Positions 1 through 19,539 of a stretch of DNA of 64,000 nt are shown in pieces (position 1 is the stretch's first letter; each line of letters starts with the position of its first letter). The notes under the pieces were generated by a model. The model did no database searches. It had not been told where the DNA came from and worked only from the letters and a program-made list of their open reading frames with translations. Origin of the DNA: the human T2T-CHM13v2.0 reference genome, Homo sapiens; assembly GCF_009914755.1 (NCBI RefSeq), contig NC_060926.1, one strand, 5' to 3'. The position numbers and the translations under genes were made by a program.

Positions 1-812
1 AAGCTGGAAATGAGATGTTTCACATATTACTTGTACAAAAAAGCAGTAAAAGTTGAATAGTTTGTTTCATCAAAATGTTCCCACATCAGAAGACCCTATG
101 TCAAAAAGTCACACACATCAAACATCACATAGTAGAATAAACCAACAATAAAAGCCCTTAAATAATCTGTCCAAGATCACATGATTATAGTGGCAGAGAC
201 AGGTTTCAAATCCAGGTCATTCTGACTGCTAAAGCCCATTTTCCTTCCACAGAACAAGGACCTGATTTTCGTTCATGCAAGTATGACATTTCTGTCACAA
301 GGAGTAAGTGAAAATGGCCCATGGTCAATGCATTTCTTCTATTTTATTACCAGTTTTCCACCTAGTAGAAATGGGTCACTTCTCAAGAGGATACCAAGCA
401 GACTTAGAATGAAATAGCTAAATTATAATGTTTAAACTAATAAAATGGTTACTACCAGACTTAGAACTTCTATTTTTAAAATAAGTTATTTAGACTAATA
501 ACTTATTAGTCTAAACATAATTATTGAAATTATTTTTAGACTAAAAATTAGTCATAATTTTAATAATTAAAATTTAGTCTAAAAATAATTACTGAAATGA
601 TCTTGGTAAATATTTTTGTATATTCTAAATAAAATTGAATAAAATCCTGTAATTTTAGGAATCATTTGATATGAAGCAAGAGCACAAAAATAGGACAGAG
701 ATAAAACATGACAAAAATTTTTATGGCTACCGACAAAACATACACACAGAGTTTAAATTCAGTTTAAGAAGCCAGAACTTGTAAGTAAAATCCAGAACAA
801 ATGTGGTATTTA

Positions 813-947
<135 letters not shown>

Positions 948-1852
948 TTAGAATATTGGCAACTGTTTAATGGAAATACCCAGTTTTCAAGACATTATTC
1001 CAGTCATGGCTTCAACCCCATCTTTGATTGTGACCACAGAATAAAATCCATGTTTCTACACGGTATTTAAGACCCACAGAACATCCTACCCCACCCTACC
1101 TTCTGTCCTCACTGGATCACTCTGAATTGCTGAAATATACCACTTCTTCCACACCTCTGGGATTATGCTCATGTTTGTCCCCTGGTCTAGCCAGTCAGTA
1201 TTCTCTCTAACGCAAATGCTTAACACTAGATCCTACTAAGGTTCAGCTTACACAAATGACTACTCTGAGGAGCCCTCCTTGACAACCTGACCACACAAAA
1301 TCAAATCTGCTCTTCTCTATCATATTCTTAGCACTTTGACTATGTCTTTATAATAACACTGATTATAAGTAATTATCTGTCTCCTTTATGCAGAGATCAA
1401 GAACTGCATCTTTCATTGTTGTATTGCTAGGGCCTGCTCTGCCTAGGACACTTGATAATTATTTACTCAGTGAGCCATTTTTATATTGTATGATTATGAA
1501 CTTATAACAGCCGTAAGTTACATTAATTTCATCCTGAAGGAGTATATACTCTGATAATTTCCCAGTTAAAAAAAAAAAAAAAAAGAAGTCCTCTAACAGA
1601 AAGAGACAATTATGAAGTCAAAATATCTAGGGACATAAAATCTGTAATACCGTAACATATGCTATTAGAAACAGAACCCAAGACAAGGATGAAAATGTCT
1701 GAAAGACCTGAAAGGAGACTTAGAACGTCATCTAGTTCAATTCATGAAGAGGTAATAAATCAGAGCCATATGCCATTGCTGTAACATGGTCACTACTACT
1801 TACTGAAAAAAAAAATACACATATGATTTCTTACTTTTAAATCCTAACTTAC

Positions 1853-1900
1853 CAACAGGTCCATTCCAAGGAATATCTGATAATGAGAGGGCTACGGAAG
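1853..1900 (-). CDS. PNPT1: PNPT1 exon 7 (48 nt), after a 95-nt intron
   Basis: tttttaag|CT...TTG|gtaagt; ASVALSLSDIPWNGPV. Confidence 0.97.
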
Positions 1901-1995
1901 CTTAAAAAAGGAGAAAAATCAGGGCCGAAATTAAAATTTCATTGCTTTAAAAAAATTTTTAATCTGATAATTTTAATCTCTACTTTTATACTTAC

Positions 1996-2059
1996 CGCCA
2001 TTAATTGCTAGGACATCAGGCTCATTTACACCATCTACTGCTAACAGATTACACAGAAC
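1996..2059 (-). CDS. PNPT1: PNPT1 exon 6 (64 nt)
   Basis: ttttaccag|GTT...GCG|gtaag; [21 protein letters not shown]. Confidence 0.97.
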
Positions 2060-2265
2060 CTGGTAAAAGGGAAAAAATTTGATTTGGAAGGGTTATCATT
2101 TAGGTTAACATCCTGACCTAAAATACAAGAGCACTATATGGCTAAAAGCAGGGGCTTTGTAGCCAAACCTCTTAATTTTGGCTGTCATTAAACGAAATGC
2201 TTGACATTGGATAAATTACTTAAATTAAACCTCAAAAGCTTCCTCATCTTTAAAAGGGAAAAACA

Positions 2266-4777
<2,512 letters not shown>

Positions 4778-4927
4778 CTATCTTTTTTCAAAAACGTAAT
4801 GTAAAATATAACAGTATCATAAAAAATTCTTATGTTCTTTATAATGTTTACTCTAGGAAATATTACAGAGATTCATTAAGTAATTTTTGATTGATCTGGC
4901 AACTAAAAAACCTAAAGCAGAATCTAC

Positions 4928-4977
4928 CTGTGTATCATAGAAGTAGCCAGCTGGAAAGAGCGGTCTAATTGAACGAT
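4928..4977 (-). CDS. PNPT1: PNPT1 exon 5 (50 nt)
   Basis: ttggcag|AT...CAG|gtagat; DRSIRPLFPAGYFYDTQ (conserved PNPase DRxxRPLFP motif). Confidence 0.97.
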
Positions 4978-5352
4978 CTGCCAAAAGAAAAAAAAACACA
5001 TTAAACCGTACTGACAGAGTTGCTTTACAGTTCAAAACGTTTGAACTAATATAGATAGCCATTCAATATGTTTTCAAGAAAAATCCCCTTGGACTGATTT
5101 ACTAAGAGGGACACAGATAAATGTCAGTGCTTCCATTATTACATACCATGCCCTAACAACAAAAAACAAACACAGAAGAAGCACATTAACAATAAAGATT
5201 GGGGAGCAATTTTTCATTCTGGTTCCACAGGCAACAGTTACATATATAAGCAGAGCAAAGAGACTTAAGACCAATAGCAGACCAAAAGAAAATGCTTCCT
5301 TGCTACTTTGTGTCTGAAGACTGTATATAAATATACATAAAATAGCAATTTC

Positions 5353-5614
5353 TGGCCGGGCACAGTGGTTCACGCCTGCAATCCCAGCACTTGGGAGGCT
5401 GAGGCGGGTGGATCACGAGGTCAGGAGTTCAAGACCAGCCTGACCAACATGGAGAAACCCCATCTTAACTAAAAATACAAAAATCAGCCAGGCATGGTGG
5501 TGGGCACCTGTAATCCCAATCACTTGAACCCGGGAGGTAGAGGTTGCAGTGAGCCGAGATCGTGCCACTGCACTCCAGCCTGGGTGACAGAGCAAGACTC
5601 TGTCTCAAAAAAAA
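5353..5614 (+). mobile_element. AluS with a short internal right-arm deletion
   Basis: TGTAATCCCA joins directly to ATCACTTGAACC; TSD-like aaa(t/a)agcaatttct flanks. Confidence 0.85.
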
Positions 5615-6071
5615 GCAATTTCTGGGTAGAAGAGCTATAAATTACATATGATCCCACAATATGTAGGGATGTTAAAGATTTGAAAGATTATGGACATATT
5701 TCAGTAGCTGATGAACATAATGTTTAGGAATTACTATTCTGAACATGAAAAAATGTACTAGGAATAGATTCAACAAAGTAGAGGCATGGGCCAAAAAATT
5801 CATATGCTCAATAGAGATTTACTCATTTAGTCAACAAATATTTATTGAATGCCTATTCTGTGCTAAGCAGTATAACAGGTACTAGGGATTCAACCCTGAA
5901 GAAATAAAAGTTTTTTCTTTCACAGTGCCCACATTTGAGTGAGGGAAGAGAAGGAGTGAATAATCTTAGGTGGTGTTAATGCTATGAAGGAAAACTTAAG
6001 ACTTATTGTAGAACACAGATGCAAGAGAAGAGATGCTAACATAGGCATACCAGAGAAGATGAACGCCTCTA

Positions 6072-6257
<186 letters not shown>

Positions 6258-6387
6258 CTAATTCTCCTGAGGTTGCTAACAACACAGTCTAGACTCAGAG
6301 TAGAAAATGTTATTTACTTAGCATTTTGTATCTTTTGGGGAGAGGAAAGTTGATAGAAATGTTTCTGCAAAGTGATTTTAAAAAACG

Positions 6388-6688
<301 letters not shown>

Positions 6689-6862
6689 TCTTCTACTCAA
6701 CAGTAAAAGTGGAAGAAGACTCACTATTTGCCACAGATGCTCATTCTGATCAAGTCAAACATTGCTTTTTTTTGGTATCAACTCTGTTAAATATAATTGT
6801 ACACCCCTTTTCATAATAGAAGGGAGCTATAAAATTCTCATGAGCTCATTACTAAATATACA

Positions 6863-7195
6863 CAGTTGTCTCTTGGTATCCCTGGGGGATTGGTTCTAGG
6901 ACCTCTTGCAGATATCAAAATCCATGGATGCTCAAATCCTTGATGTAAAACACCATAGTATTTGTTTATAACTTACGTATATCCTCTCATATACTTTAAA
7001 TCATCTCTAGATTACATATAATCCTTAATACAATGTAAATTCTACATAAATAGTTTTTATACCGTATTGCGTAGGGAATGACAAGAAAAAAAGTCTGTAC
7101 ATATTCAGTACAGATGCAATTTTTCCCCCAATATTTTCGATCCATGGTTGGTTGAATCCATGGATGCAAAACCCAAGGACATGGAGGGCTGACTG
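6863..7195. mobile_element. MER2 (Tigger/TcMar DNA transposon)
   Basis: CAGTTGTC...GGCTGACTG termini, 3' TA, ~335 bp, recognisable internal sequence. Confidence 0.8.
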
Positions 7196-7500
7196 TACTT
7201 GCAGAGTCATACTGAAGGGAAACTATGAGGGCAATGAATTCATTGCTTATTCAATGTCAAAGTACTCATGCACTTCCAATCTTCTTGTCAACTTACGCAC
7301 CTGGACGTTCCAAATTCTAAAGTATGCTTAATCCTAGTATTTGTTTATGAAGCAGTTTATACTCTTTTAATGAATCAGTATCAAAAAACTAGGAAAAATT
7401 CTTTGTTGTGCAAGTTTGTATTTTCCACTCACTAGACACTGGACAAAAATATTATACATTCTACACTTTACTCAGACCATATTACAGTTCAGATAAATCA

Positions 7501-7626
<126 letters not shown>

Positions 7627-7990
7627 TCAGATATTAGCATCTAAGTAGCAACTGAATAAATCCTTACTCCAATTAAACTCAAGAAAAGATATCTAATTCT
7701 ACGACACGATTATGAAATAAAAAATATTCACAAGTAGTCCAATCTTGATCTCTGAGCTTTTCAAAAGCTATGGAATCAAAATAAGGAAAGATTAACAGGT
7801 AATTTAGTCATATTCAATGAATTGAATAGTATTCTCTACTTCTTATGTGGCTATACATAAGGAAAAATTCCCCAATTATTACTATAGAAGAAAATACCAA
7901 AATCGCTTTCTCTAGAAAAGCACAACAGAATTTATTAACGCATAAAACAGAAGCCCAAGTTTGGAAAGGATGTTAAAGGTCACTTAATAC

Positions 7991-8597
<607 letters not shown>

Positions 8598-8788
8598 TCA
8601 CTTAATACATGCAGTGCTCTGGACTCTGGTTGTCTGGAATGATTCTTGCAGTAGAAATTATCTTAGTAGTATCTGAATTAATTTCCAGTACCAAAATTCT
8701 AAGTAGTTACACGATGTTGTAGTTACACATTTAGTATGAGTCTCCGTAACCATTTTTAAGATGAATTTTAAAAATCTGGACTTTTTAC

Positions 8789-8849
8789 CTGTACTACAGC
8801 AGAGCCATCTGCAAATCTGGCCAGCTTTCCAGAAGATATTTCTAATTTC
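8789..8849 (-). CDS. PNPT1: PNPT1 exon 2 (61 nt)
   Basis: tttaaacag|G...CAG|gtaaaa; (R)[20 protein letters not shown]; phase matches exon 1. Confidence 0.97.
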
Positions 8850-9179
8850 CTGTTTAAAAATAAAAATGCAATACAAGAAGACTTAGGTCATCTGTACAAT
8901 TCCTGCTTAGTATAAAATAATAAAAGATTCTAAGGGAAGATTCTAACCCCCAACCCACCCACTCCACCAACAAAAAGGGGCAGAATCCATGATCATTATC
9001 AAAAGTAAAAGTGGAATTTAAGAGTGGCTTAAAGAAGAATACGGAAACCAAGGCACAGGATTGATCTGAACAGGAAAGTCTTTTGGAGGTTCAGAAGTTA
9101 ACTGCTTCCCTAAATGTTAATTCCCATGTACCATCTATTTTTTTTTTGAGGTGGGGGGTGGTCATTGTGCCTTGTATCT

Positions 9180-9917
9180 TCTTTTTCTTTTCTTTTTTTT
9201 TTTTTGAGACAGGGTCTTGCTCTGTTGCCCAGGCTGGAATGCAGTGGCACAATTACAGCTCACTGCAACCTAGAACACCTAGGCTCAAGCGATCCTCCAA
9301 CTCAGCTTCCTGAGTAGTTGGGACTACATGTGCACACCACTACACTTGGCTAATTTTAGTTTTTGTATGGATGAGATCTTACTATATTGTTTAGGCTGGT
9401 CTTGAACTCCTGGCCTCAAGCAATTCTCCTGCCTTGGCCTCCCAAAGTGCTGGGATTACAGGTATGAGCCACTGTGCCTGGCTCCATTTACCATCTTAGT
9501 ACAGTCTCTTATCATCTCTCACCTTGTTGACTACAGTAATGTTTTAACATACAAACAGGATTGTTTCCCTACTTAAAAATCCTTTAGCCAGGCGTGGTGT
9601 CTCCCACCTGTAATCCCAGGACTTTGAAAGGCTGAGGCAGGCCTGATCACCCGAGGTCAGGAGTTCAAGACCAGCCTGGCCAACATGGTGAAATCCCATC
9701 TCTACAAAAAATATCAAAATTAGCTGGGCATGGTGTTGCGTGTCTATAATCCCAGCTACCAAGGAGGCCGAGGCAAGAGAACTGCTTGAACCCAGGAGGG
9801 GGAGGTTACAGTGAGCCGAGATTGTGCCAATGCACTCCAGCCTGGGTGACAGAGTGAGACTCTGTAACAAAAACAAAACAAAACAAAACAACAACAACAA
9901 CAACAACAAAAAAAAAC
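9180..9917. mobile_element. Inverted Alu pair (- 9180-9483, + 9586-9917) in PNPT1 intron 1
   Basis: Opposite-strand Alu dimers about 100 bp apart. Confidence 0.88.
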
Positions 9918-9989
9918 TTTAGAATTTCTCCCAATGCTTTTAGGACAAAATATAAACTCCTAAATATTGCCTATAAGGACCTTCATGTT

Positions 9990-11325
<1,336 letters not shown>

Positions 11326-12924
11326 ATATACATGAAATAGGCAGCACTATTAGCCTTATTCCCTAGTTTCAGCAGAGAATGCAAAAAGAGGTTACTGATG
11401 TCTTGAAACAGACCAGCAAAACTTGTCAAAGAGCTCAAGATTCATCAAAAGGTGTTTTGAGATGAAACCAAGTCAGTGACCCCTGAAGATACAGAGAAAG
11501 ATGTTGTGTCACATGAACTCAGTTTCGGCAACATTCTATCATAGTCTGGTGCTGAAAATGCACAAACCAAACACAAGCATGTAGACAGGCCCAATGCCCT
11601 ACCCCAAGTAAGATTATTCTGTCTTTCACATACCAAGGAGATGAAGGAACAACCCTTAATATTTTCACCTGTTAAATACCTTTGCCAGAAGCCTGAGTTA
11701 ATGAAAAGCATATTTATCTATTCAGTTAGACTCATTTTGTTAAGTTTGAAAGTCAGAACAAAGTATGTACATTTAATATATGTTAATAAATACAATGATT
11801 TTGTAGTGTCAAATTCTTGACTCTGAAATATTAGTTTTTTTTTAAAATCAGGGAATATTTGAGAAATTCTAGTTGGGTTTCTATTTATTCAACACAGATG
11901 TTATAATGATGAAAGCCTACAATAAAATGGGTCTCCTGTGACTAATGGGAATGAGGTACAGAGAGGCTGATGCTGGATTAATATGTTGAGTAGATGGAAG
12001 GAATGAGATACTCAAAACCAGTCACACTGTGTAGTATCACAGACCTGCAACAACCTATAGCTGAAATCAGTATTAAGTAATGGTTTCATGAGGCAAATGT
12101 AAATTTGACATCTTGAAATTTTGTTTAACCCTGAGTAACATGCCACCAGTACTTCTCAAAACTTACCAGGAACTGGCATTCTGTCTACCAATGTAAATTC
12201 TGAATACCTAAGTGATCTCTGTGAAGGGGAGTGGAGGATCTTTAACTAGACAGAAGTGGGCCCAAAACACAGGGAAGAAAAACTGTGAAAGCTACAGTTC
12301 TACTCTACTAACGGGGCTACTGCCTTAGCATTTTGCCCACTGTGGCATATTCTGTTGAATATCCTCAGTGATTTGATACATAGTAGATGCTCAATAAAAG
12401 CTTGCTGAAATGAAAATTAAACACCTGCCTCCAAGGTTACTGTAAGCATTAAATATACTATCTGAAAAACACCTACAATAATTATATAATCTTCCAGAAT
12501 GCAGTAAAGAATATATATGATAACAAATATAATGTGCCTGGTACATAGTAGTCACTCAATAAATGTTGCCAATGGCAAACAAGACAAAAATGAAAGAATT
12601 TATCCAGCAGGTATGATATTTTATTAGTCTAGTTATTTCAACACATGACACGAGTTTAAAAAGAACTACCTACAAAAGAGGAACAGGTTGATTAATAAAT
12701 GAAAGAGTCAAAGTAGATTATTTATGGAAAATATGGAGGGCAGCAGCTGCATCTTGTTTTCAGTATCTAATGCCTATCTCACAGTATGTGTCTGTTGAAT
12801 GAAATGTTCTGGGCATTTCTTTGAAGCATGTGTAGTCCTTGAAGAATGGAAGAGATGTCCACTTCCCTCAAAAATCAGAATTAATGAATGCTGGGAGTGG
12901 AATAAGCCTTAGAGATAACCTAGT

Positions 12925-12983
12925 CTAGAGGTGACCAAACTACAGCTTGTGGCCTATTTCTATATTACTCTTCAATTAAAAAT

Positions 12984-13036
<53 letters not shown>

Positions 13037-13430
13037 GAGACAAGAGTTTCACTCTTATCACCCAGGCTGGAGTGCAATGGCACGATCTCTGCCACTGCAA
13101 CCTCTGCCTCCTGGGTTCAACCGATTCTCCTGCCTCAGCCTCCCAGGTAAATGGAATTACAGGTGCTTGCCACCACGCCCAGCTAATTTTGTATTTTTAG
13201 TAAAGACGGGGTTTCACCATTGTAGCCAGGCTGGTCTCGAACTCCTGACCTCAGGAGATCCACCCACCTCAGCCTCCCAAAGTGCTCGGATTACAGGTGT
13301 TAGCCACTGTGCTCGGCCATTTTTTAAAATATTTCTAAAGGGTTTGTAAACACATACACACAGTGTGTACCCCAAAAAGCCTAATATATATATTATCTGG
13401 TCCTTTATAGAAAAGTTTGCAGACCCTTGA
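12925..13430. mobile_element. MER58-like hAT element split by an Alu and a (TA)n tract
   Basis: ...caaactacagc...; 3' end tatctggtcctttatagaaaagtttgcagaccc. Confidence 0.6.
12988..13035 (+). repeat. (TA)n joined to poly(T) of an Alu
   Basis: Direct reading. Confidence 0.95.
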
Positions 13431-13951
13431 TGGAATCCACTCTCCACACTTTGCACAAGAAAATGGTGAATTAACCTGTTCAATGTCAATTACTTATCAA
13501 AGTTAGAGTGCGAGACCTGGATTCAAAATGATTTTTTTGCTTTTTGTATGAACTGGGGTCCAAATTTTTTCAAAGTACACGTAAAAAATTTAGATATATG
13601 AAGTTTGCATTAGCAATTCCATTTATTCTAAGAAGGATTAAAGCAAACTTTTTTTTTAAAAAGCGGTCCCCTAAAAAAAAGTATGGGCTTTGTAAGCAAA
13701 AAACAGAAATTCAAAAACCACCTAGTCCCATAATACTAACTTTTTTATAGACTCTTAGAAAGTTATCTAACCTTTTTTGAGCCTCTGTAGTCTTAACTAT
13801 AAAATGAGGGTAATAGTACCTTTACGACAGGTTTAAAAAGATTGCGAGGATCATATAACTGGCGTTCAAAAAACTGACTTTTCCTTTTCCTCCTAACCCA
13901 GGGTCATAGTGGTCACACTTTAGGCAATCAATTAGATTGGATGACATGATA

Positions 13952-14470
13952 TCTTGTACTCCTAACTTCAAGTCATCCTTCCGTCTTAGCCTCCCAAAGT
14001 GCTGGGATTACAGGTGTGAGCGCCTGACCTTTTGCCATCTCTTTGCATCGATCTTTGCTTTTGTTTCTCTCTGTGTGTCTCCTTGCCTCTCTCCCTGTCA
14101 CTGTCTCTCTCTCTCCCCTGCCTCCCTCTTGGTCTCTTTTTTTTGCTGTCTCTTTCTGATGACCTTGTTCCCATCTCTGTGCGTGTGTGGCTCTCTCCCT
14201 GTCCATCTCTTACCATCTCTGCCTTCCTCTCCCAGGTCTTAAACGAATATTTCCACAATGTCTGTGAACTGGACCTGGTGTTCAACTTCTACAAGGTAGG
14301 CTCCTGGTGAAGAGGAGGCTGAAGGAGCCCGAGGAGTGGGACGTGGGGGACCCGTGGTGCACTAGCCACCCGGAGCCTCTGCTGAGGTCTGTGTCCCAGC
14401 TCGAGGGGCATCAGAGCCCCAGCTTCCAGGGTCCGGGCCAGCATCCCGGGGGGCCTCGTCTCACCCACGT
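13952..14470 (+). pseudogene. Unprocessed AP2S1 gene fragment: exon 4 (14236-14295) with flanking intron sequence, inside PNPT1 intron 1, antisense to PNPT1
   Basis: cctctcccag|GTCTTAAACGAATAT...TTCTACAAG|gtaggc = 60 nt, VLNEYFHNVCELDLVFNFYK (AP-2 sigma residues 90-109); CT-rich then GC-rich flanks unlike the host intron; outer boundaries estimated. Confidence 0.88.
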
Positions 14471-14795
14471 CAACTCGTTATTCCTAGGTGGAATGTTTCC
14501 CACTTAAGAGCCCAGTGGTCCCGGAAAGTAAAGAGATCGGAAGTCAGGTGGACGGACAGAGTCGGATGGAGCAAAGAAGCCCGGCACACACCAACAGAGA
14601 GAACGACATAGCGCGGGAAGGAGGGTCCGAGGAGACACATTCCAAACCCGGAAAGGGAAATTTGGAATTTAGGTTTAGGGTAAGGAGAGATTAAATAGAG
14701 CTGGGATACCGGGTTTCTACCCTGGGAGATGAATACGCTCAAGCTGGCTGGACAAGACACCTTATGACAATACAGTGAACGCACGTCACTCCTTA

Positions 14796-15000
<205 letters not shown>

Positions 15001-15015
15001 CACTCCGCAGACCGT

Positions 15016-15025
15016 GGGGCGGAGC
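15016..15025 (+). promoter_or_regulatory. GC box (Sp/KLF)
   Basis: GGGGCGGAGC. Confidence 0.7.
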
Positions 15026-15032
15026 CTGATGG

Positions 15033-15044
15033 AGTTTCGTTTCC
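15033..15044 (-). promoter_or_regulatory. ISRE / IRF-binding element
   Basis: AGTTTCGTTTCC (GGAAACGAAACT on - strand); PNPT1 is an established type I interferon-inducible gene. Confidence 0.8.
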
Positions 15045-15852
15045 GCGGTGCCCGAGGGACGCCGGGGTAACGGAAACCTTGGCCACCTTCTACGAAGACT
15101 AGAGAGGGTCAAACCTATCAGAACGCGATTATGTTGCAAACGATCTTTGTCTTTATGTGCCAACGAAAGGCAATTAGATAAATAAGGTTTTTGTGTGTGT
15201 ACTATCGTAATTTAAAGGAGAAGTCCTAGAATAATGTAAATGTTTAATATGCAGAGTAAATTTATATTTACTTTTAATACTAGAAGTCATAGAACAACAC
15301 ATTATTATTATTTGGATCTGTGAACTAAGAATTAGAATTTGGGTGGTGGGCCTTGGAAAGAGATCTCCTTCTCCCCTTCTCCGCCCTGGTTTTTATTTTA
15401 AAAATTTCACATAGCAGATATGTTACTACAGCGATTTGTGTTAACCAATTTACAGTAAATTCATTTTTCATCGACTTGTAATTTTAGAAATCTTTATTGT
15501 CACTTCTGATTCATTTTCATTTCCATTGCTAATAATTAGCAATTTATATTTCTGTCCCTTTTGGTCGAACTCTTAAATGCAAAATGCCAGCTACTGTTTG
15601 AAGTAAATATTTTGTAAAATGAAAAAAAAAAGTTTTTGGGATTTGAAAAATTTTTAGAGAATGGATAAATTTCTTCCACCCCATTAATCCATTCTGTTAG
15701 AAATTCTTTATGTTTTTCCTTGAATGAACCAATGGGCATTTTCATATTATGATGTAAATTTTTTGTGTAAGGTGATAACCCCCTTACCCCAAAGAAAACC
15801 AAACAACAAAAACCCAACACTCATTCAAACAGTTTTAAGAATTAAAAACGTT

Positions 15853-16443
<591 letters not shown>

Positions 16444-16673
16444 AAAAATGTTGATCCGTGATGATTTAAAAAAGAAAAAAGAATGATGAGCTCTAAACAG
16501 ACAAATGATTTGCTGGCAAAGCAGTTTTCTGACACCTTGCTTTCATGAGCTATTATTACTGATTTGGGATTTCCATTCCAATAGAGGGATTACCATTAAC
16601 TTTGTTTACAGATTTTTAGTGTTAAAGCAGTTTTTGCGTCTCCTCCCTTTTACTTTACCTTGAGTTGCCACAG

Positions 16674-16766
16674 AGTTTTCCAGACCAATCTATTGAAATC
16701 TCTCATGAAGATAAATCTCTCAGAAAACCTACTTGCCACAATTGAACATGACTTTTGATTTATAGA
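16674..16766 (+). pseudogene. Best-preserved fossil LRR exon (93 nt, phase 2-2, one stop)
   Basis: pyrimidine tract + ccacag|A...GA|gtaaga; VFQTNLLKSLMKINLSENLLATIEHDF*FI fits LxxLxxLxLSxNxLxxIxxxF. Confidence 0.65.
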
Positions 16767-17000
16767 GTAAGAATACAAAATCATCTTTTTGTTAATATAC
16801 TTAATTACTATGTAATCATTTTCATTTGGGCAGTATTGCCTAATAGTTTAGAGCATAGACTTGGAGTTAGTCCCAGCTGGTTCCAATCTTGTCTCTGTTA
16901 ATTACCAGTTGTGTGACTCTAGCTCTCTGAGCCTCAGTTTCCCCATAAAAACAGATAGTAATATGAATCTAATAGGGTTTTTGTAAGGATTAAAAGTGTC

Positions 17001-17310
<310 letters not shown>

Positions 17311-17357
17311 GTGTCAGATGATATAATAGTACCTAGCACATTGTCAACACTCAATAA

Positions 17358-17561
<204 letters not shown>

Positions 17562-18294
17562 TAGTAGAGATGGGGTTTCATCATGTTGGCCAGGTTGGTC
17601 TTGAACTCCTGACCTCAGGCAATCCACCCGCCACGGCCTCCCAAAGTGCTGGGATTACAGGCATGAGCCACCGCGCCCAGGCTTATCCAGACTTTTCTTA
17701 ATTCTTCCTCCAGTTTCCAGGTATTCTGAACATTTTTCTCTTCTTCAGAACTCCTTGAACTCCTTGAATCGGTTAGCTTTTATCCAGCCAGAAGTGATGG
17801 AAAGCAGCATTTACCTATTAAGAATCCCCCACCCCCATTTCCTCACACAAATCTGATATAATTCAAATAGTAGTAATTGGATAGTAAACTCAAAAGCAAA
17901 TGTAGGCACTAAAATCTTGCAGCAGAGCTTTATTATGAAGATATAGATGATACAGAATGCGTTTATATGTTTATATTAAGCATTTTTAGATTAGCGTAGA
18001 AAGAAAAATATAATAAGTTTAAATTCTTGTAGTTGTTACTACTGAAGCTATAATCCGTGAGGTTCAGTCTGAGATGTTATTCTGCAAGTAGAGTTATGTC
18101 AAGTGTAGTTCAACAGCCAAAATATAATTTAAAAGGGATTTATTTACCTATGACTGCTGAAGGACATTAAAAATGATCCAACTTAAATCCACCAGCAACT
18201 TCTCAGATCTCCTTTTCCCTTTTCTTCAAACTCTGATGAACCTGCATCAAAACAGTTAATACCACTGCATGTTCTGAATAAGCAACTACGTTAA

Positions 18295-18643
<349 letters not shown>

Positions 18644-19539
18644 TAGTTTGTAGTTTAGTTTAGACAGGATATACATTTATATTGCTTTTATGACTAAAAG
18701 CTGTAACAATATGGAAGTTATATTTTGTTATATAGTAACATTATAATTAAAAGTATCAGCAGTCCCTGAAGTGTTCAGGAAAAAATTCTTCTCTTGAAAG
18801 AATGTAGCCTACTCAACTTTAAGAAAGTCTGTGCTACACCACTACCAGAAGGATCTTCTTTCTCAATCACAAATAGAATTGTGTCTCCATCCTGATTAAA
18901 TTTTTTCAGTGGCTTCCTAAATCTTTAAGGATAAAATTTAAACTGCTTTGTATAGACTATAAGCTTTTCCTTTCCTATTGGCCTCATCAACTTTTTCTTA
19001 CTACCCTATTTCCTTCCCTTCCTCTTTTCACTTTATACTCCAAGTAAACTGAACTGCTTGTTCCCTTGCAATACTTCTCCTGCATCTGTGGCTTTGCAGG
19101 TATGATTCTCTGTGCTTGGCACACACTCCTCACATGCATCAATCAAACAAACTCAGTCTTCAGTACTATCCTCTTTACTTCCCTAGGCAGACTTATGGAT
19201 ACAATCTATGTCTGTCCTTCCACTTTATTAATGTATTTATGTAGTTATTAATTCATCTGTGCAAGTGAATGTGGGAATAGGTATTGCATAGTGGTTAAAA
19301 GTGCTGGCTCTGGCATCAGATTGCCTGGGTTTGCATCTTACCTCTTTCCCCTCCTAAACATGTGACTCTTGATAAGATACTTACCCTTTCTATGCCTCAG
19401 TTTCCTCTTTTATAAATGGGAATGACAGTAAATACCTACCTCCCAGGGTTGTTATGCAGACTTAAGGCAGTCTTATTTTTATGAAACTAAGGATAGTCCC
19501 TGGCACATGGAAAGCATGATAAGGTGCTCTAATATTTAT

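Noticed and set aside
4853-5062. 69-aa ORF containing DRSIRPLFP
   Set aside because: PNPT1 exon 5 read through into its introns, not an independent CDS.
18148-18241. AG/GT-bounded 94-nt segment on the - strand upstream of PNPT1
   Set aside because: Stops in all three frames; better explained by the + strand LRR-like reading.
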